A DNA stretch of 64,000 nucleotides from Pavona decussata (Eukaryota): assembly GCA_977016875.1 (NCBI GenBank), contig CDRNST010000030.1, positions 310,001 to 374,000 of the forward strand, read 5' to 3'. Position numbers and translations under genes: made by a program. Position 1 is the stretch's first letter; every line of letters starts with the position of its first letter. The notes beneath the pieces were generated by a model, which saw nothing but the letters and a program-made list of their open reading frames with translations, was not told the origin of the DNA and did not search any database. Below, piece by piece: positions 13,910 through 26,362 of this stretch.

Positions 13910-14578
13910 ATGGATGAAGCCTCGAGAAACGACTTCAAATATTTGTTCAAAATTTTAGTCATCGGAGACGTTGGTGTTGGAAAAACGTCCTTGATTCGAC
14001 GATTTACCAAGGGCTACTTCGCCGAGAACATCACTTCAACGGTCGGGGTTGATGTGGACTCGAAGATCGTGAACATTCACGGCGACAAGGTGAAACTGCA
14101 GTGCTGGGACACTGCCGGACAGGAGAAATATCGCTCAATAACACAGAGCTATTACAGAAACGCTGATGCTGTCATCATGGTGTTTGATCTGACAAACCAA
14201 GGATCATTCGCGAGCATTCCACAATGGCTCATGGACGTACAGCGCTACACGAACAAGAACGCGGTCAAAGTTCTTGTCGGAAATAAGACGGACTTGAAAG
14301 GCGCCAGACGCATGGTAAACTCTCGATCCGCGGCGAATCTCGCAGAATTTGAGGACTTGCTGTATATTGAAACGTCCGCAAAATGGGACGATAACATTGA
14401 GACTTTGTTCACGGAACTAGCTGAACAGCTGAGAGAAAACGCAAAGAGCAAGAGCCTGAATTGTATGAACAGCGCACACAGCTGTATTACAAAGAAGAGC
14501 TACAGTATTGCGTCGTATATAAAGAGACTTGGGCAAAAAATTCCCATACAAAGCCCAGCAAGTTTCTGTAGAATTTAG
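13910..14578 (+). CDS. Intronless Rab GTPase, Rab30/Rab19/Rab43-like (222 aa), nested antisense in the gene A intron
   Basis: First ATG at 13910. G-boxes GDVGVGKT, WDTAGQE, GNKTD, ETSAK. Rab30-like strings LFKI...RRFTKG and RSITQSYYR. Confidence 0.92.
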   Translation: MDEASRNDFKYLFKILVIGDVGVGKTSLIRRFTKGYFAENITSTVGVDVDSKIVNIHGDKVKLQCWDTAGQEKYRSITQSYYRNADAVIMVFDLTNQGSFASIPQWLMDVQRYTNKNAVKVLVGNKTDLKGARRMVNSRSAANLAEFEDLLYIETSAKWDDNIETLFTELAEQLRENAKSKSLNCMNSAHSCITKKSYSIASYIKRLGQKIPIQSPASFCRI

Positions 14579-14933
14579 ATTTAAAATAATCAAGCTTTAT
14601 TCAGTTTTTTAACAGTCTCGGCGCTTGATCTAAAGACTATAAGATCGTCTTCTACTTCTTTGTCTTTGCTTTCATCGCGAATTTTGTAACATGAATTCTT
14701 CTAGCTGCGGACGAGGAAATAGCTGAGACGAAGTTGAAAAAATTGCGCCGTAATATCAAATACGAATTTTTGCTTGAAATCAAGCTTCTAATCGCAATTT
14801 GTTTCTAAAATTAAATAATGTATAAAAATGTGCGCGTGGAGCACTCAGCTGTATACATGTATATTTTATAACAGAAATTATATTTGTAATATAACTCAGA
14901 AATGTGAATATATAGATGATATATAATGTATAA

Positions 14934-14939
14934 AATAAA
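14934..14939 (+). terminator. Poly(A) signal of the Rab gene
   Basis: AATAAA about 355 bp after the stop, within an AT-rich 3'UTR and followed by T-rich sequence. Confidence 0.5.
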
Positions 14940-17900
14940 AAATTTTCTGCCATCAAAAAGAGTTATTAGTTCTTTCTGCTTTTTGCCCTATGAATATTTT
15001 TGGGTGGTTTATTGAGAGAAAACATTTGTGTCAAATATAGCACCCGTTCCAGCTTTGTATTTAATAAATGGGTTTAAAAACTGAATTGATTATTCGAGGC
15101 ACGTGGCGGTTACCAGAGCACAAAAAGCTGACTTTGTTAGCTTGTGTCATGCTAATCATGCTAAAAATAAGAAAAGAATCACGCTTTCAGTCGGCGTCGC
15201 AGTATGAAAGAAGGAAAAGGAAACTTTCAAACAATTTATTTTCTATTTCTGCTAACAATATGCTGAAAGGCTGGATGCGTTTTTCATCTATGTTCATGAA
15301 GATCATAAGCGCGACGCATGAAAAGAATTTCTTTATACCGAATACGACAAGCGGGAAAGGAAAGTGCTAAAATAAATCTGAACTCCGACGTTCTTCTAGC
15401 TACGGAAGCATGTTTTTCTCTTCACGGTTAACCGATTTTCAATCAAGCCGCACAGAGTCCTTTGTGCCCATGCAAATTTGACTCGAAATTTAAAATTTTA
15501 TAACTGATTTGCATAAACAGCCGGTAACAGCCCTGTCTCGCAGTTTGAGTTAAAATATTCGGCCTCGATTCGTCCGCTATAAGTTGTATAAGTTAGTCTA
15601 CAGGAAATTGGAGATTCATTTTTAGTTTTCAGAAAAATAACCAATTATTCTAGAATACTGCGGGGGCGTTTAGTTCGTTTTAACTGCTTCTTTTCGTAAT
15701 AACTTTCTTCGTTGATCAACTTCTGTTTTGGTTTCAGTTATTCAGCTGGAGTTGAACCGCAACAAAGCAGCTTACGCTTTGTGATTGCTTGAGGCTAATT
15801 TCCTTCCAAATTAAAGTGCACTTTGATAAGGCACTGCATTATAATTAAAAGGCTTAAGAAGCTGAAATGTAGATAAATGCATTTTAAAAGTGGAGCAGTG
15901 AGATTTTAAGGGAATAAAATACACTTCTGGCCGGTTGCACTCAATTTTGTTAGCCGACGGTCATGAACATGGCATCTCTTTATCGCAAAAAATATTACTT
16001 GGCAGTCCTGCTAAGTTCTGAACTTGCTAAGCAAAAGAAAAATCCATTTAGCTCTTTGGCACCCTTGTGTAAATAAAAACCTAAAACGTAAGTTATAATC
16101 ATCGAAAACGTGTTTCAGAGAGATCCAGAGACAGTGATTTATTGATGTAGTCGGCTGTATTTAGTTGGCGCTCCCATCAGGAGCTGTCGAGAACTCCGAT
16201 AAACTCTGTGTTTTTCTAAATAATTTATCAGTTGATATTTGCCTTCTAAGCCACAGATAAGTAGGCAGTCTAAAAGCTTCAACTAATCGTTACTTTGACT
16301 CAGTAGAAATAATATATATTTCGCCGCATGTGTTCGCTGATGCGGCTGATGAAGACTCGGTCAATATTCTTATGTGTGCTGATATGACTGGCGCTTACAA
16401 CAGCTGCCGGCAAACCTTTTATGAAAGACTGAAGCAAATAAAACTTCTTTAAGCCAAACATAAATATGCTTAGCCAAAGTCATAAACTATGAAGATATTC
16501 GATCTTCTCTTTACTCACTCCTCTATGGTTTCAACCAGCTGTCAAAACGAAAGTAATATATGATTTCTCCGCTCACATAAGACACTTGCGTGAAAACCAA
16601 ACACAGAGGCAAGTCAGTACTTGCTTCGTTAGCAATGCCAACAAGATCATACAAACTCTCACGACAACCTTTAAACATTGTGTGTCTATAACTTCAGTGC
16701 CATTTTTTAATTTTGTCGATTGTTTGGAATAATTTTTGCTAGAAACCAGCGTGGTAAAAGTACCTCACTCGATCATTCACAACTTTCACGTGGCAAAGCA
16801 TTATGCGATGGAGTGACAGTCACCTCTCACGGTATTTTGACATTTTTCTTTGCCTTAGTTTCATTACTGTCTGTAAGAAACCGAAAAAATGTTTCCCTGG
16901 AAAATAGATTAACCGCAAAACAATGTCAACAACAACTATTACATAACCTTACCCGCAGCGATCTTAAAAATTAAATTTTCTTATGCTTTTATTGGATTTA
17001 AAGGTCCACGTATGGACCGACAAAAATTGCAAAGCCGGCTGTATTTCAAGCCGTCTTGCGGGGTATTGGGAAAAGTTTTCAATCAGCAATAACCGCGCCT
17101 CGGATGAACCTCACTGGCTACGGTAATGCCACTGCGCAAAGCTGAATCAAGGAGGTATCGGTACGTCATTTCAAGCAATCAATCGTACTATCAATGTGGG
17201 ATCTAATCGCATTTTTTTTTTAGTTTTCGTACCTTGGATATTTTTGTCTTAAAGAAAGCTTTTCATTTTCTTTTTTAAATTGTTAAAAAGTTTAATCTTA
17301 ACAATTCAGCTTATTAAGCGTAGTTTGGACGTGAAACTGCGTAATTCAGAGAAGGTTGACAAATTACGCATGCGCATTCTGTTATTTTTGTTGTGTCACA
17401 GTTGAGGTTTGCGCAATATGAAAATCTGGTAGTAAACTATTGGATGGAAGTTGTAAGTATCATAAATGTTTCACGAAGCGTCGATGTCTCAGAATCGCAA
17501 CTGGACATCGTGCAATTCGCCGGATGATTTGACGTGCATACATGTCTGTTTCCTTTATAGGATCGACATGTTTTTCGTTGCGATTTTGATATGTCCGTAA
17601 CATTAAAATATAAAATCTTGTTGAAAACGTGAAATGTAAACAAACCTTGAACTTGGCCCCGACCTTTTATTCGAAAAATGTGATAGAAACGTAAACATCG
17701 CGGACAACCACCGTTACAGGTATTGCGTGATCTCAGGAACGATAATTTACATTCACAACTGTTTGCACGCAAATTACAATATACCCTCGGACGGCTGCGT
17801 AACACTGTCAGAAATACATTAATTCGTTTGCATCAGGGAAAAAAAAACTTTTGATTGCTAGTAAACTTTTTTTAAAGTCAGTGTGGAAATAAAGGCGAAA

Positions 17901-18873
17901 CCATCTGGTAATAGATATCGGAAGGTTTGTTATTGATATTTTAGAAAGCAATCCGATCCCACAATGATAACGAGGTCTTGCGCAAACTTAAAGGTGAATA
18001 TTGCTTGAGGGCGACATAATTTGTTGGTTATTGACTTTTAAATTTCTCAAGAACGGTGGTTTTGCCGAATGGCGAAACTGCCACCTTTGATAATCATTGG
18101 AAATGAAAACAAATGTACCAGTGGTAGATGCTTAGGGTAAATTGCGAAATATGACAGCCAAACGCACAAGAGTGGCGAATGTCGAAGTATGGATTCAGAC
18201 TACGGGGACGCCAAGGGTAAAAATAATGTTCGGGTGTTATTTTCAGTCTTATTTATCAAACAGTAGCCTATTAAATCACAATACGAAAAACATAACTTTA
18301 CGATTTCTTGCGATTGTAAATTACGTTTTATCAATCCTGCTAGTATTTGTAAATTTAATTTGTAATTCGCTGTGATCATTAATATGCAATACAGTGCCTC
18401 CTCTCAAAACGCAAAACAGACGCCTTTCTGAGCAGCGTGGAAAGCTGGTCCCGGCTGCATTTCATTTCTTTGTCTCTAAAACACTAGCACCACTCTAAAG
18501 CGGACTTACAGGGAAAACAGGTCTCAAAGGTGTCCGCCGTGTAAGGAGTCTGGAAGAAGCTGGCAGTGTCTGCTTCATTGCAAATGCGCAACCGAGTATC
18601 TGGCCTTCCTAAGGGGATGGGAGAGGGGGCTTAAAGGGGAAGAAGGTCTGAGAACGTCCGAATTTCGGGCGTTTACGCTGATCGGATGAAACGCAAAGGC
18701 CTTTTATCCAACGCCGTGGGAGATGGCCACTGAAAACTGTATTTTGGCTTTAGATAAAAACGTATCTAAGTTAAAGAAGCATAAGAAGGGATGGAATCCT
18801 TATGCCTGTTCGTCGGACTCAACGAAAGATCGACCGAGAACTGTGTCGAAAAACCTGTTACTCAGGTTATATA

Positions 18874-19678
18874 CCGTATTTTCTCGATTGAACGCCGGAC
18901 CCCGATTAAACGCCGGCTTCGTATAAACGCCGGGTCAAAACTGCCGATAATAAACGCCGGGTGCGTTTAATCGGGGTCCCGGCGTTTATTAGGGGTCGAG
19001 ATCACAAGGACCGGTTACAAGTACAGGTGTAAATAGTAACCTCTTGAATGGCACTGTTACGACATACCAAGTGCGGTAACGGCGTAACATAACTGGGATA
19101 GTTGCTGCACAGCGAAATAAAATATAGCAATGTATCCGTGCTCGTGTTGTATTATTGACGCACTTTCTTCCTTGTGCTGTAGTGCTCACTGTCGTTTGAA
19201 TCGCGAGGATCACTCCAGCGTTTGTTTATAAGTTGTTTCATTCTTTTCATGAGTTGTCCTTTCTGGGAGGAAATCGCGCATTGCACAGTATAAATAGGGA
19301 CTTCAAGGCCACCTTGTTTCAAATTGCTTGCTCGATAGTTTTTCTGTCTCACTTTAGCTGAAATGTTCCTTCCATGTTTGACGAAGAAGCGAAGAGTCGA
19401 TGACAGCTCGATAGGTATATACCCGACATTTATCCTTTCGTTACCAGGTCCATGCTCACTATAAACAGCCATTGCACATGGGTCGTACTTGCACGAGTAA
19501 TCCAGGGAAAAATCGTCCAGCACTAACAAACTGCCCCTAGGTTTCCGAGGATCGGTAATAATAAATCAACCTGGAAAAATGGCTGAAAATGCGATTAAAC
19601 GTCGGCCTCCAAAGAACGCCGGGTCAAAACTGCCGAATTTTAAATAAACGCCGGCGGTGTTTAATCGAGAAAGTACGG
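18874..19678. mobile_element. Tc1/mariner superfamily, Tc2-like non-autonomous element (805 bp)
   Basis: TA|CCGTATTTTCTCGATTGAACGCCG ... CGGTGTTTAATCGAGAAAGTACGG|TA; TA TSD; many subterminal TAAACGCCGG motifs. Confidence 0.85.
19152..19529 (-). pseudogene. HIRAN-domain-like ORF fragment inside the Tc2-like element
   Basis: YDPCAMAVY...VGYIPIELS...ISAKV...SNLKQGGLEVP matches the HIRAN pattern D..A.AV....G++P. The 5' end is truncated and the ORF-track start is not an ATG. Confidence 0.65.
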
Positions 19679-22029
19679 TATATCTTCTACCTCAACTCGC
19701 ACTCGCGCGGGTGAAACGCACGATTTATATATCGAAATGTACCTCTGTCTGCAGGCTCGCCTCCTCACTAGCGGTTTTGCAGCACAACGTAGCCGTCAGG
19801 GGTGCGTAGTTTTGGCGGTAAATTCCGGAAAACAGCTATGGCGGAGCGAATTTAAAATTATTGGTATGACTTAGATCAGCTGTCGCCTCTATCTCCTGTG
19901 CAACTGCTAAGGATGAGATCCCAGCTGCCCAAGAACAGACGGTAAGGATATTTATTTTTTTAATCAATTTTGGAAATGTACATTCCGTTTCCTCTTGCTT
20001 CTCGATCACAACTTATTGATTGATTGAGGCAAAACAGAATTGTTGTCAATCGTAGGCAATCCTCACTGCTAAATTCAAGTCTCACAGTCATCGCCAACTA
20101 AAGAATCGTTTAAACCAGTTAACGATATGATCGCAAACTATCACAAAATCGCACTTGGATCACATATGCCCACATACTTCTGCCATCGCTTAACATTGTC
20201 TGCCGAGATGATTCCTGCGACCGCATGACCATTGCAGAAGATCTTCGATGCTGCATTATAATAAACTTGATTGTAAACGATCGGCGATCGAAGATCGATC
20301 AATATAGCTGTATAATAAGCTCGTAACGAAGAGGAATTCACTTACCTTTATTTTGTTGTATTTTTCCTGGGACATATTGCGGGCATTTTGGATGTTTTGA
20401 AGATGATTTGTATCAGAGCGGCGAACAATGAATGCTCACAACAGAACTGAAACGCGAGACGCTATGTCGAGGAAATTAATGGTTAACCCTATCGTGACCA
20501 TGCATCGTCAAATTTCGTTTTGTAATTTCGAACAGCCCAACATGAATTCTCGTGGCATTTGTACAGCTTCTCCCCTCTACTGCTAGAATAGGTTTTTCTC
20601 ATGAATAAATTTATGTCAACAAGAAAGGAGAATTTGAATTTTGATATTGGGTTTAAATGGCTAACATCCACAACTGTGACAGTGGGGGGGACGTGACAGG
20701 ATATCCGTTACCCACTCCGGAGTCTGATCAATGCAAATCTCATCCATTTTCTTCATATATTGCATTATTATTATCTAGCCCAGTGACTGAAGTACTCCTT
20801 GTCTGGCGTTCTCCCATTAATAGCGCCTGTGGGAAGGGATGGGGGGGGGGGGGGGGCTGTACATACTGTTCGTTGTAGTCTAAAATAGTTATTGTAACAG
20901 TTAGTAGGTAGCGTTCTTACATAATTGAAGGTTATATTACACAGGGCAGCAAGTAGATTACAATTTACTTTATAGGGTGGATTAAGTACTTAATTTTGTG
21001 ATCTTTTCAACATGGGTTCGGGTGAGGGGGCGAGGTATGCACAAGCTGAACTGCGCTTCGCTTCGTAGTTCCCATACCTGTCATACCTTCCGGTCTACCT
21101 TCATTCCGCGGGTTCCTGCTCCTTCCTAAGTACTCCCTCCCCTCATATAATAATGATATCTTGGTGTTGCATTCAATTATCCGCCTTGCGGAAACTACGC
21201 TTCTCAGCCGGCTACAAAGTGAAACTCTTTTGAGATCCTGCCTCCTCCCTCCCGTCCCCTAAATTACACCTCGCAGAGCAACTGCTTTAGGCTTTAGTTA
21301 ATTATAAGGTGCGCGTTTCGAAATTGGTTGCTGCATTTAATTTGTTCGTACCTGTGCAGTGGGCTACTTAAGTGCAAGTGACGAACAATCGCACCATAGA
21401 CACTTGTCATTTTCGTAGCCTAGCACGCTTGTATAGTTGTCGAACCTAGGTATGTGTAGCGCTTGTTAATTTAAGGTACAATCGTATGATGTTTTCTTAC
21501 GAACGTGTTTCATGTCAAAGCCGTTGTGACTTTCGTTCTCGAAATCAATAGTGTGAGTTGTGAATCGTTTCTCTTGCGATTGGAGGCCGAACACAACATG
21601 GAAGATTAGTAGCAGGTTGCGGTCACAGGCGCTTCTTCATTTCATATCAAAATGTTCTATTTCACACTGAAAAATGGCTAAAACCCATACCCATTATAGC
21701 GCCTGAAGGTTTAATATATAACAGAGGGAAGGCTCAAACGACCATCTCCTCTTCTTGGTCAAGTAATCATATAGGTGTGCGGTATTGATTGGTCACGGCT
21801 GGCGAAATGTCACGGAGGCACACAGCAGCCTATCGAACAGTCCCAAGGTATTAAAAGTCAACCTCAACTGAGGTTTCTATACAAGTTGGCTGTTTTTATG
21901 CAAGAGTCTCACAATCCGTCTGGGATGACGACATTGAGCAAACATCTTAGTGCCACTTGATGCGTCTTGTAGTTCCTCCAATATAAAGAAGGGCACTAGA
22001 CGGATAATGCGTCTAGACAAACTAGCCAG

Positions 22030-22340
22030 ACGGTCATAGCAGTTTGTTAGATGTCAGTTTCTCTTGCTGCAGCTCTTCTCGTGGCTAATCCTGCCAATAT
22101 TTGAGCGGCAGGGCCGGCTGCAGTAACGGCACGTAAGGGTGTCAAAATTTGAGACGGCGGTTGTTTGACGCACTCTCTGTTTTCTTTGATCGCGCTTCTC
22201 GTCCCACTCGGCCCTCAGCATCTCTTCCTGCAGGGGCACCGCAGATCTCCAGGCCGCTCGATCTGACGCCATTCGTTTGCAGAATTTTGGGTCGATCTGT
22301 AGATGCTTCATGGTGCCCTTGCACACGTCTTTATAGGCTT
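22030..22340 (-). mobile_element. 3' fragment of a non-LTR retrotransposon (RTE-like ORF C-terminus)
   Basis: YKDVCK..MK...ID.....A.DR..WR...KR..RK...CRYCSRPCRSNIGRISHEKSC is the typical RTE-clade terminal segment with a zinc-finger-like end. Confidence 0.75.
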
Positions 22341-22375
22341 TATTGCTTAATGCGTCTTGATGTACCATCTTCGAT

Positions 22376-22631
22376 GGCCGTTTTCATGCCTAAGGCGGAT
22401 TATCCGTCAAGACGGATAACTCTTCTGACGAACTATCCGTCCTAATGTGAAAGCGCAACTTTATAGAAGACGGATTTTCCGTCCGTCAGACGTATAATTC
22501 GTTCTCAAAATCCGTTTCAAGAGACGGATAATCAGACAGATTATCCGTCTAAAATTGTAACCGTCCCGTTTTCACATTGAGACGGATAATTCGTCTAGGT
22601 CGAATAATCCGTCTCCAGTTTGAAAACGGCC
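22376..22631. mobile_element. Harbinger-like MITE
   Basis: TIR GGCCGTTTTCA / TGAAAACGGCC; internal AGACGGATAA/TTATCCGTCT repeats; no clean TSD. Confidence 0.6.
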
Positions 22632-23028
22632 GCTTGTGCGTCGTTCAAGACACACCAAGCCGATAGTTAGTTCAGACGCATATGCCAGTGCCTATTTCCC
22701 GTTTATATACCAGATGAACTACGAGACGCATAATCAGACGCGCTAAAATTATTTGCCCAAGTCCACCCAAGATAGATTATGCGCCTCTGGTACTATAACA
22801 ACAGCCATTAGGGAATTTCATCCATGCACACGACTCAAACGTTCGATTGAACACAGCGTAATAAACATTACAACAGGAAAGTCAGTGCTGCTCTATAGCT
22901 TTCATGATTTGAATGGTCAAACTTTCGGTTTTAACAACAGACTTAGCAAAAGTCGCGTTTTGGGACTGGAAATATTGTTAACTCAGTGATTTTTCTTTTG
23001 GTAACCTAAACCATGCACCTGTACTTAC

Positions 23029-23312
23029 CGTAACTTTCCTTTGTACATTCCAACCAGCGTCAACGAGTCTCCGCCATTTTCGATCATCACTAACATGCCA
23101 CTGAGCTGTTTTGTCCGAAACCACAACTTGAGTTCGTTACTCTCTCCATGGTTCCTCGCTGTGGTCATGTGCGGATAAACCTGGTATCCGCTGCCTTTGA
23201 AGCTAAGCTCCTTGTGTGCACCATTTGCAAACAGAGCCAGCGATAGGACGAGAAACAGTCCATAAATGCCGCTTCGCTTCAAGATGGGTTTTAAGCGATC
23301 TAAAAACTCCAT
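23029..23312 (-). CDS. Gene A exon 1: signal peptide and start of LamG1
   Basis: ATG at 23312; hydrophobic signal segment (IYGLFLVLSLALFANGA); LamG start SFKGSGY...LWFRT..SGMLV...YKGKL; donor CG|GTAAGT (phase 2) joins the acceptor at 3123 in frame, giving 907 aa. Intron is 3124-23028. Confidence 0.88.
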
Positions 23313-25494
23313 TTTCCCGAGAATTGTATTCAACAAACGCAAACACTAAGACGTAGTTTTGGCAAAACTATCAGCTTTCAGTCCGACTAGTTTACTTAAC
23401 TGGCTGATGCACGTCTGTACAACGCCTTGCTTTTCGGTGAAATCATAATATTTGTTAATAATCGTTTACCGTAGAACTTTCTTGTCTCGCTGTATGTAGA
23501 CTTAACACTGTATCCGGTTACCACTTTACAAGTACAGTAAATGATTTTAGAGAGGATAATAAAGAAAATAATCACCTCTGAAAGAAAATTATTGAAATGT
23601 GTTAACGAACCCCGATATAAACATTTTTTCTTGTGCAAACAATCACTTAAATTAGTTTTCTCCTTTCCTCATTTGAAGATTTTGTCACTGAGCCGGATTA
23701 GCGACGTTTAAATTAAATTTTTTATGAAGGCGTTATGATCAGGTGCATCCGACCTTTTAGAATATTGTAAGAACACTATTCTTGTGTTCAAAAGGGAGAC
23801 ACAAAGCAGTTCGTGAATCAAAGGTTGCTAATTCTCCCATTCACCATATGCTAATATTTTCAACCTGGATTGTATGTCGAGAGTTTTGAAACCATCAGCC
23901 TTATTAACTGAAATATTCAGCTGCTGTAAGGAGTTTTCAAGCTTTATTGTGTTTTCTTAAATTTCTAGTTTCCTTGGTCAACTTTCGGCTTGATCACTTG
24001 CTGAAAGCTGTAACTTGAGATGAGTCTGGTTTTGATTCTCGCTGTATGTTGATGCATATTGTTGTTACTCCGTGCCAGAGAATATTGAATTTTACTGATC
24101 AAATAACCTTTCATAATTAACCAGACAACGTTACTTGAACTGAGTGGTTTTAACATTGTATCTCTATCCGTTTCTCGTTACACTTTCAATTCCAGAGCAA
24201 CCGAGTCAAACTTGAAAAAAATTCCCTATTTGTATTTTGTTTGATTCATAAAAAAACAACAACAACGAGTACTGTTCAGTAGCTTTCGTCCGAATATTTT
24301 TTTTAAACACCAGGATTTCATACTTAACGGATTCTAAATTTTAAGCCCGAGATTTGCCTTTGGAGGGGGCTTAATATTGGAGGGAATTTACCGTTTAAAA
24401 TTTGGTTTCAAAATCCTTATAGCTAACAGTTTAAACAGCTAAATTTTACTGAATTAAAATATCCTAGAGGACGTATTGTTGGCAGGCTGCTTGGGCGGAT
24501 CTGAGATTTAGGAATTGATTAATTTTCGATAACTTTTTTCTCGGGAGCTTGTATTCGAAATCAATTTACACGCTGGATCATTCGATAACGTAATTCCAGA
24601 CTTTAGATTGGCTTTGCGGTCATCGCACTGTAAAACGAAAAGATCTGTTTTAGCTCCAAAAATGGGGCCGTTTCGGTGAGTAAAATACAGTTCTATTTTT
24701 GGGGCTAATTTAGCCCATTTGGAATGGAGCTGTTTTGGCCCCAGTAAACGGGGCTGAAATAGCCTTTCATAAGGTAGCCAAAACGAAGACACAGAGGAGC
24801 TATTTTGGAAAAATGGGGGGTTGTTTTGGTTTTTAAAAGGGCTGAAATGGTGCACTTGGGAGGCCAAAATAGCCCTTCTGGAGTCGTTTCATGCCTTTAG
24901 AAAGGAGGAAAATTGGCCCATATTTTGTGGCCGATTTAGCCCAATTTATACTCAAAACAAACCTTCTCTAAAGGACTAAATTGGCACCAACATGTCTGAA
25001 ACGACATTCTTTATAAGAGCTGTTTTGGTCCTTAATTATATAAAATAGCCCTCTTACAAGAACTAAAATGGTTCTAAGCATGCCTCAAAATGGCCCCATA
25101 GTTGAGCCATTTTGAACCTGTATAAAGGGGAAACAATGGCCACAATGGGTGACTGATTTAGCCCATATAATTACCAAAATGAATACACATTTAAGGCTGA
25201 ATCAACTCCAATATAGCCACAAGGACACTTCACTTTAGAACTACTTTAGATTCAAGATAGTCAGAAACAGCTATATAAGAGGGCTAAAATCAGCTACTGC
25301 TTACCCTAGAATGGTTTCAATTTTCTGGTTGAGTAACACTCATTGTACTTCCCTAATACATGAAACTGATAAATATATACACAGGAGAAACATTTTGTGA
25401 ACAACACAACATTATTTTATTCTCTCACTTTAACTTTTTTGGCAAACCAAACTGAAAAACAAAATGACTGCTAAGCCCTCTCTAAAAAGGACAA

Positions 25495-25700
25495 GGCTTT
25501 GCTGTCTTTCAATACCATGTTGAATATATAAAATGACAACAGCAAAACCCTAATGCTGTCCATGATATCTGGTGAGGAATACTGTACAAAACCTTTCCTT
25601 AAAATACAACATAGAGTTTGTCAGAGTCAAAGCCTTCTCCAATAGCAACAATTTGGAGTTGCGTAAAAATGGCGAGGTCATCATCAACTGAAGCAGTTCT
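25495..25700 (-). pseudogene. Decayed terminal exon of a CACTA accessory (non-transposase) gene
   Basis: Acceptor ttttgtttttgtattacAG, then ...LQIVAIG...KLYVVF*GKVLY.../DIMDSIRVLLLSFYIFNM, resembling the ++FY+FN+ motif of animal EnSpm accessory proteins; contains a stop and a frameshift. Confidence 0.5.
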
Positions 25701-26362
25701 CTGTAATACAAAAACAAAAACAAAAATTGAAAGATAAGTCACCTTACAAGGTACAATTGACAACCTAAAACTGCAAGTAAAAATTAATACTAATAACATG
25801 ATAATGAAACACTGGAAGCCAGGTATAGAGATACCAAAGACAGGGAAGTTGTTACTGATGGCTGCTGAGTGATAGAACACAGTTATAGCCCACTTATCAG
25901 TGGGGTTGCTGTAAAAGTGTATAAAACCTCAGGGGCTAGAGCCATACAGTTTTTAACTTTTTTTTTCTCCTCATTGCTTGAACTTGTTATGAATTTGGTA
26001 TCAACATGAGTTTCTTTGTTACATGTATGTTTTGTTAAGGACATATGCTGTACCTGCACTGAACTGCCTATAGGCACTGCTCTATGGTACAAATAAATGA
26101 TTTATACTGTATTATGAGATGATATTTATAATGTATATAGTATATTCAGATGAAATTCATTTGAAAATATAAGAACCTATTTTAAGAACCTTGGTAGCCT
26201 AAATTTGCTTTAATTACCATTTATATAAGAACCTATTTAGGCTAAATTAAAAAGTTCAGGTTCTTATACGTGGGCTATTATCAACGAAAAAGTCTGTGCA
26301 AAACAAGTCATTGATAACTATCACTGTTAAAGGCCCTCACATAGCATACTTCTAGAAATTTT

